From the NCBI RefSeq assembly GCF_030028105.1, contig NC_092379.1:91313006-91377005 (forward strand): a stretch of 64,000 nucleotides of DNA, given 5' to 3'. The notes below the pieces were generated by a model. The model saw only the letters and a list, made by a program, of their open reading frames with translations. It did not search any database and was not told where the DNA came from. Both the position numbers and the translations under genes were made by a program. Shown here one piece after another: positions 37,900-51,100 of the stretch (the stretch's first letter is position 1; each line of letters opens with the position of its first letter). The DNA is from Mobula birostris. Taxonomy: Eukaryota.

Positions 37900-38790
37900 G
37901 AGTTCTACTAAGTGTAATGTGTCTAAGTTTGCTGATGATACAAAATTGAGTGGAAAAGCAAGTTGTGCAGAAGATATGGAGAGTCTGCAGAGAGATAAGG
38001 ATAGGTTAAATGAGTTGGCAAGGGTCTGGCAGGTGGAGTACAATGTTGGTAAATGCAAGGTCATCCACTTTGGAAGGAAAAATTAAAGAGCAGATTTTTA
38101 CTTAAATAGTAAAAATCTGCAGCAGGCTATCAAGAAGGCAAATGGAATGTTGGCCTTCATTGCTAGGGGGATTGAATTTAAGAGCAGGGAGGTTATGCTG
38201 CAACTGTATAGGATACTGGTGAGGCCATACCTGCAGTACTGCATGCAGTTCTGGTCCCCTTACTTGAGAAAAGATATACTGGCTTTGGAGGCAGTGCAGA
38301 GGAGGTTCACCAGGTTGATTCCTGGTGATGAGGAGGTTTGACTGAGGAGAGATTGAGCCGCCTAGGATTGTACTCGCTGGAATCAGAAGAATGCGAGGAG
38401 ATCTTATAGAAACATATAAAATTATGAAAGGGATATCTAAGATAGAGGCAGAAAAGTTGTTTCCACTGGTGGGTGAGACTAGAACTAGGGGACATAGCCT
38501 CAAGAGCTGTTGGAGTAGATTGAGGATGGAGTTGAGGTGAAACTGCTTTTTCCAGAGAGTGGTGAATCTGTGGAATTCTCTGCCAAATGAGGCAGTGGAG
38601 GCTACCTCAGTAAATATATTTAAGACAAGGTTGGATAGATTTTTGCATAGTAGGGGAATTAAGGGTTATGGGGAAAAGACAGGTAGGTGGAGATGAATCC
38701 ATGGCCAGATCAGCCATGATCTTATTGTATGGCAGAGCAGGCTCGATGGGCCAGATGGCCTACTCCTGCTCCTATTTCTTATGTTCTTAG
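37900..38790 (+). mobile_element. CR1 LINE 3' portion
   Basis: 'SKFADDTKL..LQRDKDRLNELARVWQVEYNVGKC', 'MLAFIARGIEFKSREVMLQLYRILVRP'; tail tcttatgttctta. Confidence 0.9.
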
Positions 38791-39468
38791 ACTCTACTGC
38801 TCTCTCCTGTCCTCCAAAGAAATCAATTTTGCTTCACAACTGAAATATATCATCATAGACAAAATGCTGATGTGTCTCCTCTCTACCCACTCCAGTGAAA
38901 TTGTGTCCTTCCTATAGTATGGTGGTCAGAACTGCTTACTCTGATCTAGCTTGACCTAACCATTAGTTTATAAAGCTGTACCTTCCCGTTCTTGTACTGT
39001 GCCCTGGCTAATGTAGGCATTCAGGATTCTTGTCCTCTTCACCACGGTATAAACCTTTGCTGCCACTTTCAGAAATCTTTGGATATATACACCAATGTCC
39101 CTTTCTGGGAACCCTTCCTGGGGTTCTGTATGTCCCAGTCTTCTTAGTCATTGCAAAACACATCACCTCACTAACCTCTTGGAAGTGCATCCCCATTGAT
39201 GAAGGAATGGAGTAGCAGGGAATTTCTTTAAAAGCAATAGTTAGTTGAATAAACCAAAACTAAAAATTGATTGTAAATATGCCCCCAGAAACTCTTCAGT
39301 GACCAATGCTAGTAGACATCAAGAAATTCCTCCAGAATTTTGAAACATCAACCCCAGCATCTGCAAACTTGTAGTGTTGATTCCAAAACTGAATGCAGAT
39401 TTTATCATGATTAGAACACAGCTTTTGAAGATTTTGAATTTCTAATGTTCATGTATATTTTTATGAAG

Positions 39469-39634
39469 TTAGATGTGGGAATTCCTTCCATGACGAAGTG
39501 CTGCAATCAACATGATCGTTGTTATGATACCTGTGGTAATTCTAAACAGGACTGTGATGAAATATTTCAGTACTGCCTTTCAACAATTTGCAGAAATGTA
39601 CAGAAAACATTAGGAATAGATGCAACTGTACAGG
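39469..39634 (+). CDS. PLA2G12A: PLA2G12A(-like) coding exon 3 (catalytic His-Asp)
   Basis: aag|LDVGIPSMTKCCNQHDRCYDTCGNSKQDCDEIFQYCLSTICRNVQKTLGIDATVQ|gtaagt; 166 nt. Confidence 0.96.
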
Positions 39635-39707
39635 GTAAGTGTTGGTAACATCTGCTCCTCATTGCATTCAGTTGTAATTTGTAACAGCTCATGAAGCATT
39701 GACATTG

Positions 39708-41860
39708 TAAGACCACATGAAATTGGAGCAGAATTAGCCCATCAAGTTTGCTCTACCATTCAATTATGGTTGATTTATTTTGCTTCTCAACCCCATTTTC
39801 CTGCCTTTTCCCCATAACCTTTGATGCCCCTAATTAATCAAGAACCTATCAAAATCTGCTTTAAATATTGGCCAGTGACTTGGCCTCCACAGCCATCTCG
39901 CCAGTGAATTTCATAGATTCATCAGCTTCTAGCTGAAGAAATTTCTGCCCCCCCCCCCCCACACGATACTAGGCTCTCCCACTACTGGAAACATTTTCTC
40001 CACATCCACTCTGTCTAGGTATTTCAGTATTTGGTAGGTTTCAATGAGATCTTCCCTCATTTGTCTGAACTCCAACGAGTACAAGCCCAAAGACATTAAA
40101 TGCTCCTCGTACATTAACCCTTTCACTCCCAGGATAATTCTCGTAAACTTTGGACCCTCTCCAATGGCAGCACACCGTTTCTTAGATATGGGAAGCAGAA
40201 CTGCTCACAATACTCCAAATGTGGTCTGACCAATGCCTTGTAAAGCCTCAGCATTACATCCTTCCTTTTATGTTCTCGTCCTCTTGAAATGAATTCTAAC
40301 TGCAATTGCCTTCCTTATTTGCAAGTTACCCTTTAGGGAATTCTACACTTGGACTCCCAAGACCCTTTTCTGATCCAATTTCTGAATTCACTCCCCATTT
40401 ACAAAATAATTTTACACCTTTATTCCTTCTACCAACATGCACGTTCATACATATACCTACACGGTATTCCATCTGTCACTCTGCTCATTCTTCTAATCTG
40501 CGCAAGTCATCTGCAAATTTCCTGCACCCTCAGCCCTACCTGGCCCCACCCAACCACAAAACACCTATTTTTGTATCATCTGCAAACCTGGTCACAAAGT
40601 CATCAGCCCCGTCATGCAAGTCATTAACATGAAAAGCAGCAGGCCTGAGATTGGCCCCTACGGAACATCACTTAGTCATAGGCAGCCAACCAGAAAAGGC
40701 CTCCTTTATTCCTACTCTTCACCTTTTGTCAGTCAGCCAATTTTCTGTCCAAGCTAGTAGCTTTCCTGTAATATCATGGGCTCTTGTTTAGCAGGCTCAT
40801 GTGTAGCACTTTCTCAAAGGCCTTCTGAAAATCCAAGTAAACAACATCCAGTGATGCCCCTTTGTCTTTCCTGTCTGTTATTTCCTCAAAGAATTCCGAA
40901 AGATTTGTAAGGCAAGATTTCCCTTAAGAAAACCATGCTGACTTTAGCCTATCTTATTATGTGCTCCAAGTAGTCTGACTTAATCTGACAGTAAATTATA
41001 GACCAGTAAACCTGATTTCAGTGATTGACAAGATATTAGAGTCCATTATTAAGGATGATGGACTCATCCTTATTAAATAATGGACTTTAATATCTTGCCA
41101 ACCACTGAAATGAGGTTTACTGGTACACAATTTACTGTCTTTTGCCTTCCTCCCCTTCTTAAAGAGTGGAGTGACATCAGTGATTTTCTAGTCATCTGTA
41201 AACTCCTGGTGACTTACCTATCTTCATAGCTTTCAGCTTCCCAAGTCCCTTCTCCTTTGTAATAGGAACTATACTCACTTCTGCCCTTGCCACTCTTGAT
41301 TTTTCTGGCATGCTGCTGGTGTCTTCCACCGCTAAGACCAACAAATCTACTTATTCAGTTCATCCACCATTTCTTTGTTCCCTATTACTATCCCTGCATT
41401 ATCATTTATCAGCGTCTGATATCCACTCATGCCTCTCTTTTGCTCTTTATATATCTGAAAAGCCTTTCGGTATCCCTTTTTATATTATTGGCTAGCTTAC
41501 CATTATACAAGTTTATTTCTCCTTACTGGTTTTTTTTTGTTGCCTTCAGGTGGATTTTTGTCAAACATTATTTATCTCTTTTAAAATGATGTTGACTATT
41601 TGATTGATAATTTTCTAAATGTACTGCTGTTATCTCCTTATTCCAACATTTCCCTAATGATAGATGCAAGGTTATCTGGTCTATAGTTTCTTGCTTTCTG
41701 TTTTCCTCTCATGAATAGTGGCCTTACACTTAAGATTCTCCAATCCTCTGGGACTTGTCCAGAACCCACATAATTCTGGTAGATTACAAATAATATATCC
41801 AGGATCTCTACAGCCACTTCTAAAATCTGGAATACAAGACTAGGAGATTTGGTTGGTCTT
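39708..41860 (-). mobile_element. CR1 LINE fragments
   Basis: 'KDVMLRLYKALVRPHLEYCEQF', 'YEEHLMSLGLYSLEF'; 3' tail at ~39708; small internal inversion ~40975-41060. Confidence 0.85.
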
Positions 41861-42236
41861 TGGACCCATTAGTTTGCTGGTATATTTTTTGAATGTTTTT
41901 TACAAACCAGAGGGTATCGAGTTAAGGAGATCAGGCAGGAAAGATCAAATCAGCCATCATATTTTCAAATACAAGCAAGCTCAATGAGCTTTAACACCAA
42001 TGAGCATTTGTGCTCATCTTCTGAGGAGTTAAAAAAGTTCTGCCAATAGCAGTTGTTACTTTTAAGAGAAAGACTTCATGTTGAGCCCTATCTTGTCCAC
42101 ATGGAAACTTTGTACAGCTAGTAACTAGATATAATTATTTAAATCTCCATCTACATAATGAAGGTAAACTTATTTTCTTGATGATTCTAATTTTTCGAAG
42201 GAATGAACCTAATTTTGTTTTGTTCTCTTTACATAG

Positions 42237-42355
42237 CTTGTGAGAATGCTGTAGAAATGCTTTTCAATGCAGTAATGCATTTAGGATGCAAACCCTACCT
42301 AGACAGTCAGAGGGCCTCGTGCATGTGCGCTTATGAAGAAAAAATCGACCTTTGA
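42237..42355 (+). CDS. PLA2G12A: PLA2G12A(-like) coding exon 4, last
   Basis: tctctttacatag|(A)CENAVEMLFNAVMHLGCKPYLDSQRASCMCAYEEKIDL*; 119 nt. Total CDS 561 nt = 186 aa + stop. Confidence 0.96.
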
Positions 42356-42840
42356 AGTGAAGAATGAGGGGGGAGAAAACTAAATGTGTGAAATAAGGAC
42401 TAAGTGTGCTCAATTGATTTGAAAATGTTATGTTTTCTTGGGAGAACTTCAATTATGTCAGATTTATAATAACATTTTTTGCATAACAATCTTAAAGACA
42501 ATGCTCATTGTTTTTCCTATGAAATGTTTACATAATTTAAAATTTGAATTATTACAAGTTACTATACCAGAATACATCTTACCCCAAGTGTCCTGCATAT
42601 TGTAGGTTTGTGGTCTTGCACTGAATTTAATCTTTTCTGAGATAAGCCATTAAACGTTGGTGAAGTTCTTCTTTATATTCTCCCATTTCTTCGCAAATGT
42701 CATCAAGAAGAAGAATCCAAAAACTGAATACAGAAACCAGTCCCATACACTGCCTACTGGCAGGTTATTGAGTGATCCTGCCTCATGACCTATTTGAAAA
42801 TGATACTGGGCTTTGTGACTTTAAAATCAGCTGTAGAAAT

Positions 42841-42846
42841 AATAAA
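42841..42846 (+). terminator. Candidate polyadenylation signal of the PLA2G12A-like gene
   Basis: AATAAA ~490 nt after the stop; alternatives ATTAAA ~42649 and AATAAA ~43177. Usage unknown. Confidence 0.35.
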
Positions 42847-44859
42847 TGGTAATTTAAATCAATATTAAGCTAATTAGAACTAAGTATGTCTTGCATTGTG
42901 TCAGTAAATCCAGCTTCTCACACTTACTAACATTCTATAGGTGGCTTGCTTCTATGAATACTCAGAATTGAAACCTGTGAACACTCAACTCATCAGGCAG
43001 TATCTGTGGAGAAAGATGCAGAGCTGGGTTTTGGTTTCAAGTGATTGACCTGATTATACTGGCTAGAAACCCAAATTATGGGGATAGAGTAATGTTAATT
43101 TGTGACATGAATATTGTCATTTTGGGAGAAATGACTTTCGTGGCCGGTCCTCATCATTGTATGATAGCTTGTGAATAATAAAATGTAGAGGAAAATGCAT
43201 TTCAGATGAACCATTTTCTGAATTTAATATGTTATCATGTGCAGTGCATGGTTCCAATACCCTTTTCAAAGGATTTACATCTGTGCTTGTAAAATGTAAT
43301 TGCAATTTCTAATTCCCTTTTTGAAAGATGGGGAAATACAAATTTATTTTTCTTTGCTGTTGTTTTATTTTTAATTTAAGATGCAAGTTTTTTTAATGCA
43401 ACATCTTTTATATTTTAAAAATGCCCCAAACCATTTCACTAGCAATTGTTTATTTGGAAAGTCAGACAGTATTTGTGGAGAGAAGAAGCAACAAACATTT
43501 TAGATCAGTTGCTCTTCATTAGTTTTTTACTTTGTCTTTTTTCAATATGTGATATTGCATTCATCATCCATGTTGAAATTCTCGTGAACAGAGTGATTTG
43601 TAGGGACATATCAGAGTTGGGGGTCAGGAACTATGTTATAATTCAGACCATGTGCATTTCCTCCCCTGAAGGAAGAAAACATTATTGCATAAGAAGAGAA
43701 TTTTATGATATTCTGATAATATTGTAATAATCCTTTTAAAATTTAAGGTTATTAACTGAATTCAAATTATATAGCTGCCCGGATGGCAATAAAATTGATA
43801 TCTGGATTGCAATTTAAGGCCTTTGGCAAATTGCAGTAAGTGCTTGAAAGGCCAGCAATCTGAAACATTTGTCAACAGCAGCCTCCACCTTCAACATATA
43901 ATCCTGAGACTTGTGATGTCACCAGTATACTCATCTTCTAGTTCTCCCTTCAACCTGTCAAAACTCCTTAAAATCTTATATTTCAATCAAGTGATCTTTT
44001 AATCTTCTGAATACTGCAGGCACAAGCCTAGCTTGTCTAAACTTTCTTTGTAAGGTTATTGATACTGTAGATATCAGACAAGTAAAACTCTAAACTTTAA
44101 ATTGCATTAACATCCTTACATGAGACCAATACTGTACAGAATATTCTAGGTAATCACTTACAATTATATTAGAATCATAACTGTTGGACTTCTGGATTTG
44201 ATTCCTTTTGCATAATAACATGCTGTTAACTTTCTGAATTACTTGCTGTAACCGATTACTGACCTTTTGTGAATCATGCTGCAGAACACCCAGATTGACA
44301 CCCCATTCTCAGTCTTTATTTATTGTTCTGCGATGTGTTACCCTCTTGACCTTTTGAAAATTTACATCCTCTATATTATTACTACTTTCTTCATTATCAT
44401 CAAAAATTCAGTAAGAATGATGAAGTAAAACATTTATAAATTTGTGTTAACTTCATTATTATACTTAACATTTCTAAATAATCATCTGCTCTCCATACTA
44501 ATAAGGATACCTATTAATCTCTCTTACCATTGATATTAATTCTCCAGATCCTCCTCACTCTCCACTAGTCCTTGGATATTACACATTTTACTAATGAATT
44601 ATTAGATATCTATAGTAGTGTCTCTATTACCTCTTCACTAAATGCTTGGGTGCAATTACTACCACTGATTTTGATGCTCAATTTTTTCCCAGTTTCACCA
44701 TCTCTCTCCCAATGCAGCTACACCCACTAACCTTCTCTGCAACTTTTTCTTTGTTGTATTACTAACTTTTAAAAATTCAGATATAAGGCCATTGACCTGA
44801 AATGTTAACTTTCCTTCTCCACAAATGCTACCTGACCTGCAGAGTATACCCACATATTT

Positions 44860-45212
44860 TAGAAACATAGAAAACCTACAGCACAATACAGGCCCTTTGG
44901 CCCACAATGCTGTGTCGAACATGTACTTAACTTAGAAATTATCTCGGGTTACCCATAGCCCTCTATTTTTCTAAGCTCGATGTACCTATCCAGGAGCCTC
45001 TTAAAAGACCCTATTGTATCTGCCTCCACCACTGTTGCCGGCAGCCCATTCCACGCACTCACCACTCTCTGCGTAAAAAACTTAGCCCTGGCATCTCCTC
45101 TGACCCTACTTCCAAGCACCGTAAAACTGCGTCTTCTCAAGTTATCCATTTCAGCCCTGAGTAAAAGCCTCTGACTATCCACACGATCAATGCCTCTCAT
45201 CATCTTATACAC
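44860..45212 (-). mobile_element. CR1 LINE 3' end
   Basis: 'YKMMRGIDRVDSQRL..KFFTQRVVSAWNGLP'; same subfamily as 47670-48165. Confidence 0.9.
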
Positions 45213-46064
45213 CTTTTATTTTACATCTGAAATACTAAATCTTCTCATACATATGCTGCTTGAACTGTGGAGTTATTCCTCTATGTGTAGAATTTTACTT
45301 TATGGTTATTTGGAAGAGTAATTGCTGATTATGTAAACAAATTACATGAGCTACTACTCAGTGCAGCAGAATTCACCAATGAAGTAAATTATCAGTTCGT
45401 CGGCAATAGTGCTTGAAGAATATCTTTTAGTCATTACATTGTGAGAACTGCCTTCTTTCTGACAAGAGCCATGGAAACATTACACTTGTATGAACAACAC
45501 ACACAAAATGGTGTGAACAGAAAGTTAAATGTCCCATTAAAGGTACAGCAAACAGAATATTGTGGCTGTTCTCTAGGATTTTGATGGTGACATGAGTCGA
45601 AATATGTAGAGTTTGCACTATTTCATACTTTTTCTAAAATTCATAAGTAACTGAATACAATTTTTTCTAATTAGTTATTCAGAAAGTAATTTGAGATAAT
45701 GCACATAGGCTTTTTTGATGGTGAGCTCTATGGCACTCCAAAATATTCCTGCTGAAACAGATAGGACCAGGGTCCTGTATAGCTGCAACATTACCCCTCG
45801 GCTCTTAAACTCAGTCCCACGATTGATGAAGGCCAATGCACTGTATGTCTTCTTAACCACAGAGTCAACCTGTGCAGGGTACCTCCATAAGGGTACACTT
45901 TCAATTAGTTTCATTTCAAAGTCAACCATGAATAGAAATTTGCCAATCTTTGTAGAAAACACTTGGATTAAAATTGCGTTCCTCCCCCCAATACATGAAA
46001 CATCTATTGAAAATTCTCCCAGGGACTCTGCATCTATCTGTTGAGGTAAAAAAATAATAGCTAC

Positions 46065-47640
46065 CATAAGACATAGGAGCAGAATGAGGCCATTCAGTCC
46101 ATTGAGTCCGTTCTGCTGTTTCATCACGGCTGATCCCGGATCCCATTTAACCCCTTACACCTGCCCTTTCACCATATACCGTGATGCCCCAATTAATCAT
46201 GAATCTATCAACTTCTGCCTTAAATACATCCACGGACTTGGTATCAACTGCAACCTGTGGCAGAGCATTCCACAGATTCACCACTCTTTGGCTAAAAAAA
46301 TTATTTCCTACTTCTGTTCTAAAAGGTCGCCCCTCAATTTTGAGGCTGTGCCCCCACCCCACCAGTAGAAACATCCTCTCCACATCCACCTTATTTAGTC
46401 CTTTCAACATTCAATAGATTTCCAAGAGACCACACACACACACACTCACACTTCTAAATTATAATGAGTACAGGCCCAAAGCTGCCAAACACTCCTTATA
46501 TGTTAACCCCTTCATTCCCAGATCCATCCTCGTGAACCTCTTCTAGACCCTCTCCAAAGACTATACATCCTTTCTGAGAAAGGGGCCCAAAACTGTTGAT
46601 AATAATCCAGGTGCAGCCTGACTAGTGTTTTATAAAGCTTCAGCATTATCTCCTGGTTTTTATATTCTATTCCCCTTGAAACAAATGCCAACATTGCATT
46701 TGCCACCTTTACCACAGACCCTCTTCTCACTGTTACCATCAGGTAGGAGGTACAGAGGCCTGAAGCCACACACTCAGCGATTCAGGAACAACTTCTTCCC
46801 CTCTGCCATCCGATTCCTGGATGGACATTGAATCTTTGGACACTACCTCACTTTTTTTTAATATACTCTATTTTTGTTTTTGCACTTTCTTAAAATCTAT
46901 TCAATGTACGTAATTGATTTACTTGTTTATTTATTACTATTTTATTTTTTCTCTGCTAGATTATGTATTGCATTGAACTGTTGCTGATAAGTTAGCAAAT
47001 TTCACGTCACATGCAGCTCTGATGTTTGAATTTTCTCCCCATTTACATAATAATCTGCACTATTATTCCTTTTACCAAAATGCATTATCATATATTTCCC
47101 AACACTGTATTCCATCTGCCACTTTTTTGCCCATTTTTTCAATTTGTGTAGGTCCTACTGCAATCACATCACTACCTGCCCCTCCACCTGTCTTTGTATC
47201 ATCCGCAAACTTTGCCACAAAGCCATCAATTCCATTATCTAAATCATTGAGTAGCAATGTGAAATGTCTACAGAAGCCATACTGACTTTGACTTATTTTT
47301 ATCATTAGGATCCAAGTACCCTGAAACCTCATTTTTAATAATGGACTCCACCACTTTCCCAAACACTGAGGTTAGGCTAACTGGCCTATAATTTCCTCTC
47401 TTTTGTCTTTCTCCCTTCTTAAAGAGTTGCAATTTTCCTTTCTTCCAGAACCATACCAGAATCAAGTGATTCTTGAAAGATCATCACTAATGCATCCATT
47501 ATCTCTTCAGCAACCTCTCTCAGTACTCTGGGATGTAGTCCATCTGGTCCAGGTGACTTATCCACCCTAAGACCTTTGAGTTTGCCTAGCACCTTTCCCC
47601 TTCTAACAACAATGGCATTCACTCCTGTTCCCTGACACTC
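46065..47640 (-). mobile_element. CR1 LINE interrupted by a plus-strand Rex1/Babar-like 3' fragment (~46718-47015)
   Basis: CR1 ORFs 'FFSQRVVNLWNALP', 'KFADDTK', 'KSPGPDGLHPRVL'; insert 'LLPSGRRYRGLKPHTQRFRNNFFPSAIR'. Confidence 0.88.
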
Positions 47641-47669
47641 ACCAACAGGACAACAAGTTAATTCGTATA

Positions 47670-48165
47670 TTCATAGAAACAGAAAACCTACAGCACAATA
47701 CAGGCCCTTCGACCCACAAGTTGTGCCGAACGTGTCCCTTCCTTAGAAATTACTAGACTTACCTATAGCCCTCTATTTTTCTAAGCTCCATGTACCTATC
47801 CATAAGTCTCTTAAAAGACCCTATCATATCCGAGGCGGCATTGCCGGCAACCCATTCCATGCATTCACCACTCTGAGTAAAAAACTTACTCCTGACATCT
47901 CTGTACCTACTCCCCAGCACCTTAAACCTGTGTCCTCTTGTGGCAACCATTTCAGCCCTGGGAAAAAGCCTCTGACTATCCAGACGATCAATACCTCTCA
48001 TCATCTTATACACCTCTATTAGGTCACCTCTCATCCTTCATCACTCCAAGGAGAAAAGGCTGAGTTCACTCAACCTATTCTCATAAGATATGCTCCCCAA
48101 CCCAGGCAACATCCTTGTAAATCTCTGCACCATTTCTATGGCTTCCACATCCCTCCTGTAGTGAA
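47670..48165 (-). mobile_element. CR1 LINE 3' end
   Basis: 'MRGDLIEVYKMMRGIDRLDSQRLFP'. Confidence 0.9.
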
Positions 48166-51100
48166 AAATATTCGTGAAAAATTAATGAATGATATTATCA
48201 GTGAAATATTAACAGTGGTGTGATTTGATATAATAGCGATAAAATAGAGCTACACACTGACGAAGGCTGGGAACTAATGATGCTGGAATATTTGACCTGA
48301 TGAAAGGACAGGTAAGACGGAAAAGTGCTGGAAAATTGGATGGAAAAATTACTATAGCGATAATAACCTTTCATGTAAGGACAGTAGTGAAGAATGGTCT
48401 TGGCTGCAAAGATCAGAAAGTGGAAGTAATATGGATGGAGTAACAAAAAAAGAAAAGAAGAGTATGCATAAAGTGATGATTTCTGAGTGGCTATGGTCTT
48501 CAGTTAGTCCAGATGTGAGGTTAATTTGAAAATTAGATTAAAACATTTGTTTTCAAATTTCATATAGTTAAAGACTTATTTCTTCTTTCAGTTAACATAG
48601 TTATTTTCTCCTCATGACGATTCTGTTGTATTAGCTTCTAAGATGCAAATCTCTGCTCCTTACTATTTTTTGCTCATTAAACCTCTTAAGTTCCAGTATT
48701 TCTTGTTGATTTACTCATTCTAATTTCACTCTTTCATCATATTCTGATTTTTAAACTCTACTCATTCTCATTAAAAGTAATCTAACTGAGGATAAATGGA
48801 GTTTAAAGAGTGCTGTAGTTATATTGAAAAGAAGTTCCAAGATAAATAATAAACCAAAGGACTGAGATAGTTTTAGAAACCAGCAAAGGGTAGCCAAAAT
48901 ATGGATAAGCAAGAGCGGGGAAATGGAATGCAAGTGTAAATCTCAAGAAATACGGGACACCTGGGACTTGTTGAAGGATGGGGCCTATTTCCTTTTCTGC
49001 ATTCCTCTTTACCATTATTTAAACAGAAATAATTTACTGCATGAGGAATGAAACTAGAGTTTAATTTACAGTATTCCCTTTTGGGAGCATATAGATATAT
49101 AGCATTTCAGAAACATAAATCTCTTGGTTAACAATATAAAGAACAGTTAACAATCAGGCCTAACCTTTGCAATGAGTTCAATTTGTATTAAGAGTACAAG
49201 AGCAGAAATTTCTTGAAACTTGTGTGGAGGTGGCAAAAAAAACATATGAGGGCAGAGGTGCAGTGGTGCAAATTGTGGCAATTTGTAACTTACAGAGCAA
49301 CTCTGGAAGAAATTGTTAAACTACTTACACACTCACACTAAGATAATGAGAATATAGTGTGTCAATGTTGCCTGGCAGTTATCAAACTCAGTCAAAAGCT
49401 GGCGCAAAAATAAAGCACTTCGAAAAAAATGTTACAAATAGTTTAACAACTTAAAATGAGAAACTAACTTGAAAAATAGTTCACAATTACTCAAGATGCC
49501 ATGACAAACAGCAGTACTGGGACACAAAAATGGTACCTTTCAGCTTAAAGCTGGTTGCGGTGTTTGGTGCACTTAATGAGCTACAGGCATTGAGACATTC
49601 ATGAAATTTAATTTCTAATACTGTACTTTGGGATTTACCAGTCCAAAGGATAATAGGTTATTCTGTGGTTTCCATAAAGGTACGCTACAGTATCTTAAGG
49701 GGTACAAAATGTTTGAAACGCCTTTTTTACTAATATGGACACAACTCAACTTTGAAGTAATGCATCGAACTGTTCTGATTTAATTTTCAATTAATGAGAA
49801 AGTTCACTAAAAGTACACATTCCAAGCACTGATAAAGCATCCAGTATGTAATAATAATAATAAATATATGTGTTTTATCCAGTTATGTTTCTCATAATTT
49901 GCCAATATTATGATGTTTTAACTTTGAACCAAGTATAACACATCAACTCCTAGATTTACTTTAGGGATATCAGTGAAAATAATGCTCAGGAAATGGCTAC
50001 ATGCATTGAGATATTGAATGGCCTAAAATTATCCAACAAATAATTTGTCACTTCCAAGATGCTGCAGGAATTTAAAAGAGAATTTTATAATGAATCCTTG
50101 GACTTATTTAAAAAGCATGAGGAAGCATTAACTATTAACCACTGTGGTCTCTTGACACCTAAGCTTATGCCAGTTTAGAACCATTTAGTATGCATCCATT
50201 CAGTGATGGATCTGGTCTAAAATAATAGTAGACCATTCAGTTCTCAGTCTATTAAATTGTGTGCAGTCTGTATCTCAATAACATTTATCAATCTTTGAAT
50301 ATTGTCATTTGCCTTAAGTCTATCGATTTTGATCTTGATTATTTAAATTGACCCAGTGTTTGGAAAAGTGCTTCCTCATCTCATTCCTACTTAAATAATG
50401 TCATACTTGCAATTTTCCATTCCTCAGACAGTTCTAAAAACAAGAGAACTTTGGCACCTGCAATTTTTTTTCCATCAAAGCCTTGTGATTTGTACTGCAC
50501 AAGGCCCATTATTTTATCCATTTCCAATACTCATATTAAATTTACAAAATTCTTTCCCATGTCCACATCTCAACAATTTCTCCATGGCAGGGATATAAAA
50601 GAACAAATGTTTAAGGTGAAGATTATGCAGGGTCTGAAGTAGAATTTTCTCAGCTAGAGGATGGTTCTAGATTTTCAGAAGGCATTTTAGTAGGAATAGA
50701 AAATGCTGGAAATATTCAATAGGTCAGGCACCATCTTTTGAAAGAGACACATCAGTGGAACTGGAAAAGTTCTCAAACAAGTTTATGTTACAGTGGTGGG
50801 GTGGAGAGATAGATGGGACAAAAAGAAATATCTTAGATGCAGTGATGCCAAGGTTGCTGAGCCAACTGATTACAAAACCGTCCAGTTGATAGATTATTGA
50901 AAGGGATGAGAAAGAAACCAAAGTGGCAATTTAAAACTGAAATAAATATCAATATGTTGCTGAAGTGAACCAAAAGGAGGATGATAGAAATGCCAGAAGA
51001 TCAGGCAGTGTGGAAAGGGAAAACTTAGTTAATATTACAAATGGCTAACATCAGAGCAGAACTGGTCAGGTCATATACAAACTGGTAAACAAACTATGTG

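Noticed and set aside
30336-42355. Venom-toxin role for the PLA2
   Set aside because: The sequence is a conserved group XIIA-type enzyme, single copy in this window; nothing here indicates venom recruitment.
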